DNA from: Macrostomum lignano
Taxonomy: Eukaryota
DNA length: 64,000 nt
NCBI GenBank assembly: GCA_002269645.1
Contig: NIVC01000126.1
Location: 372,001-436,000 of the forward strand
Reading direction: 5' to 3'
The notes under the pieces are model-generated. The model saw nothing but the letters and a program-made list of their open reading frames with translations. It did no database searches and had not been told where the DNA came from. Positions 24,901-40,843 of this stretch are shown here, one piece after another (within the stretch, counting starts at the first letter, position 1; every line of letters starts with the position of its first letter). Position numbers and translations under genes: made by a program.

Positions 24901-27900
24901 GGAGTAGCTTTGTCACCGAGGAGATCGAGCGGGATTTGCATCGGTCGCTGCCAGAGCATCCGGCATTTCAATCCGAGCTGGGAATTGACGCTTTGCGCAG
25001 AGTCTTAACGGCCTACGCGCATAGGAATCCCAATATTGGCTATTGCCAGGTAGGTGAAATAGGGGAGACAGTAGGGTGAGATGAGGAGATAGTAGGGTGA
25101 GATGGGGAGACAGTAGGGTGAGATGGGGAGACAGTAGGGTGAGATGGGGAGATAGTAGGGTGAGATGGGGAGACAGTAGGGTGAGATGGGGAGACAGTAG
25201 GGTGAGATGGGGAGACAGTAGGGTGAGATGGGGAGATAGTAGGGTGAGATGGGGAGACAGTAGGGTGAGATGGGGAGACAGTAGGGTGAGATGGGAGACA
25301 GTAGGGTAAGATGGGGAGATAGTAGGGTGAGATGGGGAGACAGTAGGGTGAGATGGGGAGACAGTAGGGTGAGATATTGAGATAGTAGTGTGAGAGGGGG
25401 ACATAATAGATAGTAGGGTGAGATGGGGATACAGTAGGGTGAGATGGGGAGACAGTAGGGTGAGATATTGAGATAGTAGTGTGAGAGGGGGACATAATAG
25501 ACAGTAGGGTGAGATGGGGAGACAGTAGGGTGAGATAGGGAGACAGTAGGGTGAGATGGGGAGATAGTAGGGTGAAATGGGGAGATAGTAGGGTGAGTTG
25601 GGGAGACAGTAGGGTGAGATGGGGAGATAGTAGGGTGAAATGGGGAGATAGTAGGGTGAGTTGGGGAGACAGTAGGGTGAGATGGGGAGATAGTAGGGTG
25701 AGTTGGGGAGACAGTAGGGTGAGATGGGGAGACAGTAGGGTGAGATATTGAGATATCAGTGGGAGAGGGGGACATAATAGATAGTAGGGTGAGAAGATGA
25801 AAAGATAGTAGGGTGGGATGAAAGATAGTAAGGTGAGATGAGGAGATATTATGGTGAGAGGGGGAGATAGTAGGGTGAGAGGGGGATGGTAGAGTGGGAG
25901 GGGGTGACGGTAGGGTTAGAAAAGAAGATGGTAGGGTGAGAGGTGGAGACAGTAGGGTGAGAGTAAAAAAGAGTAGGGTGAGTGAGAGATGGACAGGGGA
26001 TAGGAGTAGATAGACAGGGAGAGAGGGAGATGATTTCCCTCTGATCGAATACCGCTCTGTCTCGCGCCCACCTGATCCCCGCAGGCCATGAACATAGTGA
26101 CCTCGGTTCTGCTTCTGTACTGCAACGAAGAGGAAGCATTTTGGCTTCTGTGCGCGATCTGCGAGCGCCTCCTGCCTGACTATTATAATTGTCGCGTAGT
26201 TGGCGCCCTAGTTGATCAGCAGGTGCTTTGCCAGCTGCTTGGCGACGCGTCACCGAAGCTGTTAAAACATCTCAGCCAGCTCAATGTAGTATCCATGATT
26301 TCGTTGAGTTGGTTTCTAACGATATTTCTTAGGTAAATGCTTTTTTAATAGAAATGCTACTATTTAATTGAGTTTTTTCATATTGTCAAACTACTAAGTA
26401 GTATAAATAGCTTATGACCCCCTTGATTTATCTTGTATTGATAAATCTTAGGTAAAAAATCCGATAAGAGAATATATGAGATAAGAGATAGGATAAAATA
26501 GGGCTGAAGACCATTTAAAACTACTCACAGTAGTAGCGCAAGTTTAAAAAAAATTCTTTTTGTGTAAGCGCAGCCATTCCCCAATCGTCTGGCAAAAATT
26601 GTCCCTTGCGCCTTTATGGCTCCAAAGATCCCTCAATAAAAATCCTGCAATTTACTAAGTAGTATGAATCGCGTTTTTCGTTATTTTAATTTTTCCTTTG
26701 CCATAAGTACTATTTTTTCTATATTTTTTCAATTTAACAGCGTGATTCCATTCACAAGCGCCGTAAACATTTTGGACTGCTTTTTCTACGAAGGCGCCCG
26801 GGTGATCTTTCAAATCACGTTGGAATTGTTGACTAAAGCTGAGCGTCAACTTCTGGCAGCTCGAGAAGACTCGGACGCAATGATAACTTTGAACGGCTTG
26901 TTAAAACGATTGGACACGCCGGATGCTGTTCGTAGGCTGGTGTCCGAGGCAACTAATCGGCTTAGTCACGTGACTAATGTAAAGATTGATCAGCTGCGGA
27001 TGCGGCATCGATTGCAGGTATTTATTTGGTATTTTAGAATCGCCAATTATCTACCTTTAGAATCGTCACTAAAATATACCTTGAGTATCGCACCTAATCT
27101 ACCTTGAGAATTGTCCCTAATATACCTTGGGAATCGCCCCTAATCCACCTTGAAAATAATCCCTAATCTAAAAGCGTCAATTTTGAAACAACGTACGAGT
27201 AATACAATAGTCGATATGTAGCGTAAATTACTCTACAAAGCTGAGTTTTCCTCCATCTTTTCACGCAGGTTGTCCAAGGCCTGGAAGAGAACGTAATGAA
27301 AAACTGCGTTCGCGCGGTCATCTCTACGGATTTGAGGCCGGCCTGTCAGCTTGGCCGCGAGTGTCTTGAAGGCCTCTTCTGGCTATTCAAAGAGGAGAGC
27401 GTGCACAGCGCTTTCTGGCGCGCGCGTCAAGTAGCCGATCACGTTGACGCCGGTCGGCATGACCCGACACGTCCCTATTATGACCAGACTAGGCTAAACT
27501 ATGAGCAATTTGATCGGCTCATGTTGGCCGTATCACCTTGGGGTCGATGCGCTAGACACCTTAATTTGAGACTATTCAAACTCGTTGATCTGGACGGAGA
27601 CAATCAGGTTAGTGAAAAAATGAAAAAAAGTAAATGCGCTTAAGAAATTTAAACGAAAACAATTACGTATATTTCATTCTTTTAGAAAACTGTCTTTTTA
27701 CGTAGTTACCTAACTTCGCCGCACACCCACCTCACTCCGCAAGCCCATCTCAGCACACCCACCTCATTCCGCACACCCACCTCACTCCGCAAGCCCACTT
27801 CACCCCGAACACCCACCTCATTCCGCACACCCACCTCACTCCGCAAGCCCACTTCACTCCGCACACCCACCTCATTCCGCACACCCACCTCACTCCGAAC

Positions 27901-29625
27901 ACCCACCTCATTCCGCACGCCCACCTCATTCCGCTCACCCACCTCATTCCGCACACCCACTTCACTCCGCACACCCACCTCATTCCGCACACCCACCTCA
28001 CTCCGAACACCCACCTCATTCCGCACGCCCACCTCATTCCGCTCACCCACCTCATTCCGCACACCCACCTCACTTCGTGAGCCTCCTTATTTTACGGACC
28101 TTAAGCGACACAATTATACTCTTCCTTTCTCTAATTTTCACTAACTGCATGCGCCCAGGTGAATTTCCTTGAATTCGCTTGGACTCTCGGCATAATTTGC
28201 GGTCGTGACGTGACGCTGAAATTCAAACTGCTCTACGTTCTCCACCTGGACGGTTGCCAGTCTGAGTTGTCAAGACAAATTAGTCAGCAAGAACTTCAAG
28301 ATGTTGCAGGGCAGACCGCCGCCTCAGGATCAGTGTCCAATGACAACGCTGACAATGATCTTCTAGAAGATTCCGATATTGCCCCGGCGGTGGAAGCTAC
28401 CGAGGAGGCTCTGGCAGAGGAAGCTAATAATGAAGCTGGGGCTGTCGCGGCGGCGATGACGGCCTCGTCTCTTTCAGTGGAACCAACTGCAAATTTTCGA
28501 ATTGTTACTTCTCTATCGAATATGTCGATTAACAGTCGGAATAGATTTATTCGTCTGCAAGAATTTGAAACACTTCGACCGGCGTCTATGTCGCGACCAA
28601 AGTTTATTGAGCTTTGGAAAGCGACTCATCAGCTAATTGAATTGGCGCCTAACGAGCAATTTTTGTTAAATAGCGTGGCTCAGGTAACTAATTAAGCTTC
28701 AATCATTATTAATACACTATGCACCTTAAGTGCCTGTGACTGAGCGGCAATAGTGGATAGACCATTAGAACTAACCAATCGGTGATCCGCTAACCCGAAC
28801 AGCGAATCGAAGGGGTAGAAAAGTTCTGGTGGGTCTGGTGGGCTGGACCGGGTCTTTTATGACTTTTAAACGCCACTTAACTTATTTAACCGATAAATAA
28901 GTGTAGAATTATCGAACTGAGAAAAACGGATTGACTGGACAGAAAGCCACCCCTAGTACCCCTACTAAAAATCAGCCAGCCAATAGCTGGGTAGATAATC
29001 ATACTATAAAAGTACAACAGGACGATTAGAAAGTCGCTGATAAACAGGCCACCCCAACCACTAGCCAGCCAGCCAGCCAGCCAATAGTGTGGTTTGCTGG
29101 AGGGTTAGAAAGATAAAGTCGCTAAAAATAGCTTGTAACCCTACCCCGCCGCAAACCAGCCAGCCAATAAGAAGTGCCCTGTTTTTTAGGGGGGCGGAGG
29201 CGCTTGAAAAAGATAATGAAAGGAATTTCCTCCTCAGGACGAATTCAATTCTAACAAACCCCCCACAAGCTACGAGCGTAAGATAATTGCATACTCTACT
29301 AGTACTACAATATCATTACCTATAATTAAAGTTTTCAATTAATGAAATAAAAAACCAGGCCGGTACTCATCTGACCCAATTGGGCGAAGCTGCCACTTCA
29401 GCGCCGTCTGCAGTCGAATCAGCGGGCAGCTGCACAGAAAACGTCGACTCATCAGCAGCGACTGATCCAGCTGTTGATAATTGGTTAATCACTTTCGACC
29501 AGTTTTTGGCTTGCTTTCTAAATCAGAGCGAATTGGCGGATTGGCTTGGCGCTCCTTGCGATCTGTTGCCTCGTATTAAAGCCTACAGAGAGAACAGTTG
29601 GCGCGTGAGAAATTCAAGCAATTAA
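15954..29625 (+). CDS. TBC1D9: TBC1D8/TBC1D9-like Rab GTPase-activating protein (2 GRAM + TBC + EF-hand-like), 16 coding exons, ~1165 aa
   Basis: Exons 15954-16000, 17288-17396, 17489-17540, 18029-18214, 18938-19021, 19131-19264, 21222-21287, 21592-21765, 22577-22993, 23659-23886, 24705-25049, 26085-26332, 26741-27017, 27269-27607, 28159-28683, 29359-29625. All are GT-AG and total 3498 nt in frame. Motifs: [56 protein letters not shown] (Arg finger), YCQAMN (Gln finger), [10 protein letters not shown]. Confidence 0.93.
18420..18925. repeat. Highly degenerate repeat rich in GAGTC/GACTC motifs (TBC1D9-like intron 4)
   Basis: Recurrent aagagtcg, cgactc and gagtca words with no clean periodicity. 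Confidence 0.5.
19335..19600 (+). mobile_element. tRNA-derived SINE, second family; most complete copy
   Basis: Head ...ccgactctcgcgccgcgacccctGGTTCGATTCCgtgg and body caccctgtgtgagcgtgtgtatgagtgcgtgcctgcgtacagtattggcgcgcttg, shared with copies at ~21415, ~21866, ~48060 and ~62765. Confidence 0.65.
19790..20665. repeat. 21-bp minisatellite (tggtgtcagaaaggccaagat)
   Basis: About 40 units inside TBC1D9-like intron 6. Confidence 0.96.
21415..21560 (+). mobile_element. SINE body fragment (same family as 19335)
   Basis: agggccgctgtacactcctgtgtgagtgtgtgcc...tgctcaggggagtcggcgg matches the other copies. Confidence 0.55.
21866..21935 (+). mobile_element. SINE tRNA-like head fragment
   Basis: A box TAGCTTAGTGG, family word tcggactctcgcg, B box GGTTCGATTCC. 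It does not form a full tRNA cloverleaf. Confidence 0.55.
21950..22470. repeat. 25-bp minisatellite (cacatgtcacagacaatgcagaatc)
   Basis: About 20 units in intron 8. Confidence 0.95.
23050..23590. repeat. 23-bp minisatellite (tgagattcgtctccatcaagccc)
   Basis: About 23 units in intron 9. Confidence 0.95.
23920..24640. repeat. 20-bp minisatellite (gggaagattcgggatctctt) with degenerate edges
   Basis: Clean core at ~24150-24470 in intron 10. Confidence 0.92.
25055..26000. repeat. 21-bp minisatellite (ggggagacagtagggtgagat)
   Basis: Fills intron 11 from the donor to within ~80 nt of the acceptor. Confidence 0.95.
27715..28072. repeat. 18-bp minisatellite (cacccacctcattccgca)
   Basis: About 20 units in intron 14. 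Confidence 0.95.
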
Positions 29626-29814
29626 ATGCGGCCGAGTGAGAAATCTTCAAGGGTTGAGTTGATTGATTTCATACATGTATTTAGTTTCGACGTTTGGTTG
29701 TCTTCGGACAATGTTTCATACTCACTATACATAATTGTGTTAATATTTGATGGGTTAATAAGCATATTGATACCAGACTAAGCCAACCCCCTCACTTAAG
29801 CCAACCCCTACTCG

Positions 29815-30385
29815 CTCCAGTCAACACCCCTCGTTAACTCCAATCACCACCCCTTCTCACTCCAGCTACCACCCTCCTCACTCCAGCCATCACCCCATCC
29901 TCACTCCCTCCTCCCTCCAGCCACCAACCCTCCACGCTCCAGCCACCACCCCTCGTAACTCCAATCACCACCCCTGCTCACTCCAGCCATCACCCCATCC
30001 TCACTCCCTCCTCCCTCCAGCCACCAACCCTCCACGCTCCAGCCACCACCCCTCGTAACTCCAATCACCACCCCTCCTCACTCCAGCCATCACCCCATCC
30101 TCACTCCCTCCTCCCTCCAGCCAACAACCCTCCACGCTCCAGCCACCACCCCTCGTAACTCCAATCACCACCCCTCCTCACTCCAGCCATCACCCCATCC
30201 TCACTCCCTCCTCCCTCCAGCCACCAACCCTCCACGCTCCAGCCACCACCCCTCGTAACTCCAATCACCACCCCTGCTCACTCCAGCCATCACCCCATCC
30301 TCACTGCCTCCTCCCTCCAGCCATCACCCCATCCTCACTCCCTCCTCCCTCCAGCCACCAACCCTCCTCGCTCCAGCCACCACCC
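29815..30385. repeat. C-rich tandem repeat with a 100-bp unit
   Basis: ctccagccat recurs at 29881, 29981, 30081, 30181 and 30281. Confidence 0.92.
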
Positions 30386-32190
30386 TAAAGACACACGCAA
30401 TTACTAGCTACTTGCAGCCTATAAAGGTTAATTATTAGTTTTTAATGTAAAGTTTTCGTTATGCATGTAGACGCGAATTCTCCACGTCTAGGAAGTACAT
30501 TATCCGCATGAAATAGCTAGTATCGTTTGTACTTCGATTAGTATATCAAATGATCCTTCTAATATACTTAACTAGGCACAAAATTCGTTTGACAAAAAGT
30601 GTCAAAATGTAATTGTTCATTGTTCATTGTTTATCGTATGAGTTCCTCTGTTAATACAATCTTTAGTATTAAAATATGCGTGTTAATTATCTTGACTTTC
30701 CTAAACCAAGTATTGACTATTGTGTTAACTCATTGACACACACCCTTCATCCATTTCCACCACGGCCGTGCAATTTCATTTGTCCAATACCAGTAATTAA
30801 AAAATTAAAAACAAGCTTATTTTCATGGTTGTCTTTTGTGATTGGTATTTGTGTGGATAATATTGATTAATCACTTATTTATCTGTCATATAACTGTCCT
30901 CGAAGATTTGTGCGCACGGAATGCAATAAATCAATGTAGTTTATTTGTGCCAATAATATAAATTATAATTCATATTTTTTCCTTCAACTTCTTGTGATTC
31001 CAGTATCAAACAGTGTATTTGAAGTTATTTAGACCAGAGTGAAATTATTTTAATCGACTTCTATAACTGTTGTTGGCTTGCTTTAAGAATGATTATGAAC
31101 CTATTTTCTATGTCTTTTCTACACAGTTATTACATCACAAAATATATTTTTAACTTTTTTCGCAATAGTCAGAAAAACTTCCAAAGTCTTAAGCTAAGGA
31201 ACTGATTATCTAAATCTTGGGATTAGATTTAATTTTGACATAATATGCGTTAAGCTACTTACAGTTCAGTAGTACTCCTACTCCCACGTATTGATCCAGT
31301 CTTGGTGGGGTTATCAACAAACTTCAATGTTTATTATCTGTTCGGCTAACTCTAATGTACTTAGTTTGTATTCTGTATGCGGCTGGCGCGCTGCTTGGGC
31401 TTCTGCGCGCATTCTGATTGGCTGGGAGGTTTGACTGTCTGCCCCAGATCGGCCCTAGACTGGGGTGGGTGTGTTGCTTAACTGTGGTTCTGTCAGTTTG
31501 CTCGCTGAAAAAATAGATAGCGTTTTACTTTACTTTTTACTGATTAGAAAGTAGTAAACGGAGTTTGCTTGAGTAAAGATTAAAACGCATGAAACTAAAG
31601 CGCCATAATTCTGCCAGGTAGTGTCCTTTTTAACTATTATAATTATTTAACACTGCGCACAGATTTTTTTCAAAACTAATTTTTCCTGTGGTGTTCCGCG
31701 ATCTATAATCTTCTCTTCAGTATAGATAAACGCGCACGTAAATCTGATTTTTGCGAAATTTTTTCCACACTGATAAAGAACGCTTTCTTATTCGTTTGTT
31801 TTTACTATTTTTGCTTCCATTATTTTTCGTCAAGTCATATTCTTTTACGCCTATGTAAACTAATGTGTTTTAAGCTACATCGCTTGAAATATATTTAATG
31901 ATTAATGTCATATTTATGTTTGGTTTTAATATACATGTACGCCAGTAATAAGTTTGCTCTGCACATGAGTTACAGATTTTAAGCTTTAACTGTAAGGCAT
32001 CAGACTTTTCATTTTACCACTGATACTTTAAAATGACACAAATAGGGTAGCTTTTTAAAGTTAGTTTATTAAGAAAATATTCTTTATTTGCATCTGTTTA
32101 CTAAACTATCGATTTCTGGTATTTAATCTTTCAGTTGGCAGATTCAAATAACATCGAATTCTTAAACTCCGTTCGGATCAACTGCCAGTC

Positions 32191-36635
<4,445 letters not shown>

Positions 36636-37369
36636 ATCCATTTGGAACTTGATTTGTGCGGCGTTGCAAACTACTCATGGTGATAATAATCCGATGCAGG
36701 TATTAGTACAAGCAGCTTATGGAAACCGTTTTTGCTGTTTTTTGTTCAGGGGCGCCCCTGTTCTCTGCTAGCGCCTTCTTTTCTCTGCTGGCGCTTCCTG
36801 TTCTCTTTTAGCGCCCCCTGTTCCCTTCTGGCGCCTCCTGTTCTCTTCTGGCGCCCCCTGTTCCCTGCTGGCGCCCCTTTGCCTTGGCGCATCTGCAAGC
36901 TGCTTTCCGATTTGGCAAGTCTATCAATCACAACTGTAAAATTTTGGACAATTAATTCTTCTCTCTGTGATTTTTTTTCTTAAGTATACCATACTACTTG
37001 TATTAGTAGCTACTTTTGTCTTCTGTTTTATTGACCTTTACAGTCTGTCCACAATTTAATATTAATAATATGTACTGGGTATACTCCATTCTTAAAAATT
37101 GTCTTATAATTTATAGACGTTTTTAATAGTGATATTTTTGTATAATCATGCCTATATATTTATATATATATTGTGCTTTCTTATAAATATAGTATCGTAA
37201 ATACACAGTTTAACAGTGTGTTGTCCTTCATCACGGATCGACAAATATCTCTTTATATATTGATCTTGACTGGAAAACTTCTAAAAGCTTTTTGCTTACG
37301 TCGCTTTACAGTTTGGATTGAGTTTTGTACAAGATACTCGTATTAGAAGATCCATGACGGGATTTGCAT

Positions 37370-38450
37370 GGCGCCGCTGGCACTCATTTTTGGCGCCGCA
37401 GACACTGATTTTGGCGCCGCAGGCAGGCACTCATTTTGGCGCCGCAGGCACTCATTTTGGCGCCGCAGGCACTCATTTTGGCGCCGCAGGCATTCATTTT
37501 TGCGCCGCAGCCACTGATTTTGGCGCCTCAGGCACTCATTTTGGCGCCGCAGACACTGATTTTGGCGCCGCAGGCAGGCACTCATTTTGGCGCCGCAGGC
37601 ACTCATTTTGGCGCCGCAGGCACTCATTTTGGCGCCGCAGCCACTGATTTTGGCGCCTCAGGCACTCATTTTGGCGCCGCAGCCACTGATTTTGGCGCCT
37701 CAGGCACTCATTTTGGCGCCGCAGGCATTCATTTTGGCGCCGCAGCCACTGATTTTGGCGCCTCAGGCACTCATTTTGGCGCCGCAGCCACTGATTTTGG
37801 CGCCTCAGGCACTCATTTTGGCGCCGCAGGCACTCATTTTGGCGCCTCAGGCACTCATTTTGGCGCCTCAGGCACTCATTTTGGCGCCGCAGCCACTGAT
37901 TTTGGCGCCTCAGGCACTCATTTTGGCGCCGCAGGCACTCATTTTGGCGCCGCAGGCAGGCACTCATTTTGGCGCCGCAGACACTGATTTTGGCGCCTCA
38001 GGCACTCATTTTGGCGCCGCAGGCACTCATTTTGGCGCCGCAGGCAGGCACTCATTTTGGCGCCGCAGGCAGGCACTCATTTTGGCGCCGCAGGCACTCA
38101 TTTTGGCGCCGCAGGCAGGCACTCATTTTGGCGCCGCAGGCAGGCACTCATTTTGGCGCCGCAGGCAGGCACTCATTTTGGCGCCGCAGGCACTCATTTT
38201 GGCGCCGCAGGCAGGCACTCATTTTGGCGCCGCAGGCAGGCACTCATTTTGGCGCCGCAGGCACTCATTTTGGCGCCGCAGGCATTCATTTTTGCGCCGC
38301 AGCCACTGATTTTGGCGCCTCAGGCACTCATTTTGGCGCCGCAGCCACTGATTTTGGCGCCGCAGGCAGGCACTCATTTTGGTAACGCAGGCACTCATTT
38401 TGGCGCCGCAGGCACTCATTTTGGCACCACAGACACTGATTTTGGCGCCG
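37370..38450. repeat. 21-25 bp minisatellite (ggcactcattttggcgccgca)
   Basis: About 50 intergenic units, nearly all carrying the palindrome GGCGCC. Confidence 0.96.
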
Positions 38451-38770
38451 CAAACGCTATATATTTTGGTGCCCTGAAACTGAAGCAAAATTAATGATTT
38501 CCATAACGGCTCACATGTCACATTCACAAGGTGGGGTGGGGGACAAAGCATTTGCTTCTCGCCCTCAGGCACTGAGTGAGCTTTTACCCAGTGGCCAGTG
38601 AGCTTTTACTGCCCCCCCCCACCCGCGATGGCGAGCCCCCTGTATGAGCCACATCTAAGTCTAACGTCACAACGTCACAGTGTTATCTCGTGTACAATAA
38701 CATGCTTGAGAACTAATCAAAGGAATCCAACTACGCTATATAATTCCCTCTGAGGTTCTTTCACCCTAGC

Positions 38771-38843
38771 GGCCGCGTGGCGCAATGGATAACGCGTCTG
38801 ACTACGGATCAGAAGATTCCAGGTTCGAGTCCTGGCGTGGTCG
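38771..38843 (+). tRNA. tRNA-Arg(ACG): tRNA-Arg, anticodon ACG
   Basis: 73 nt: GGCCGCGTGGCGCAATGGATAACGCGTCTGACTACGGATCAGAAGATTCCAGGTTCGAGTCCTGGCGTGGTCG. The acceptor stem pairs, A and B boxes are intact, and a T-run follows downstream. It is near-identical to the metazoan Arg-ACG tRNA as I recall it. Confidence 0.97.
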
Positions 38844-39419
38844 ATGAATAATTTTTGCAATTTTTTCTTGCCTTCGGATTAACATTGATGTAGGAAAACA
38901 TACGATATTTTTTAATATTAATTATTTCTGTGTTTTAATCTTCTGATGGCATAATTAGTTGTGCACTATTAGCTGAATAGTAAGGCTAAGCCCTTCTATA
39001 CAATTAGTGCCGTGCCGTATCGTATCGTATGAAATATTTTACAACACATATCGGCTATTGCACAGCAGTTCCTAACCCTAATTTTAAAAAGTTGAACCGA
39101 TATCTATAAATGCTCTTTATTAAAATACAAGCTGTTGAAACCCGCGGAATTTGAACCCGGGGAATTCCAATCCCGGAACTACTTTTGAATGTATTCTGAA
39201 ATCTAAGGCCATACACAAACAAAAACTTGTTAATAGTTAGTAGGATAGAGGTAGACATAAAATGGAGCACATTCGTGTAAAATTAGGGTTTGAGGCAAAC
39301 GTTGATATTGTTGGCTGGGGTGCTCCGCAGAATGCCAGGCAATGTCTGTCTGACTCTAAAACATGTATTGGCAAACTCTGGCCTCTCCCTGACTCTCCCT
39401 ATGTCCCTTGGATCCTTTA

Positions 39420-40195
<776 letters not shown>

Positions 40196-40196
40196 T

Positions 40197-40843
40197 TATC
40201 TAATTTTAGAACCGGTTTTCTGTCGCAACTGTTTCAGCTACGAGACCAAGTCGGGTCAGGCCAGGGACAAGTCGCTGTCCACGCCGGCCGAAATCGGACA
40301 GGCGATTCGCGACGCTCAGGAGATGACCAGCAGCTCGGGGGAGATCTCTGAGAAGCTCATCGAGCTGCACATCGAAGGCGCGGATACACCCGATTTGACA
40401 CTAATTGACCTGCCGGGTATCGCCAGGTGAGGGTAGAGTAGGTGAGATTAGATATGTTAATTAAAATGGGTAAGATTAGATAACGCAACAGGCATACGAG
40501 TATGTCAGTGAGATTAGATATTGAGATTGTGACACAGTGGATCGAATTTTGAAATTAGAGAAGGCGAGATTATTGAGACTAGAATCAATGAGATTGGATA
40601 TTGAGACAAGAATCAATGAGATTAGATATTGAAACTGGAATCAATGAGATTGGATATTGAGACTGGAATCAATGGGATTAGATATAGAGACTAGAATCAA
40701 TGAGAATAGACATTGAGGCTAGAGTGAATGAGATCAGATATTGAGACTAGAATCAATGAGACTAGACATTGAGGCTAGAGTGAATGAGATCAGATATTGA
40801 GACTGGAATCAATGAGACTAGACATTGAGGCTAGAGTGAATGA
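40197..40843 (+). pseudogene. Displaced copy of Mx exon 2 (40238-40426) with flanking intron sequence
   Basis: Nearly identical to 47198-47847. Differences seen are CCG>TCG and a 3-nt GAG deletion. Both splice sites are retained. Confidence 0.93.
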
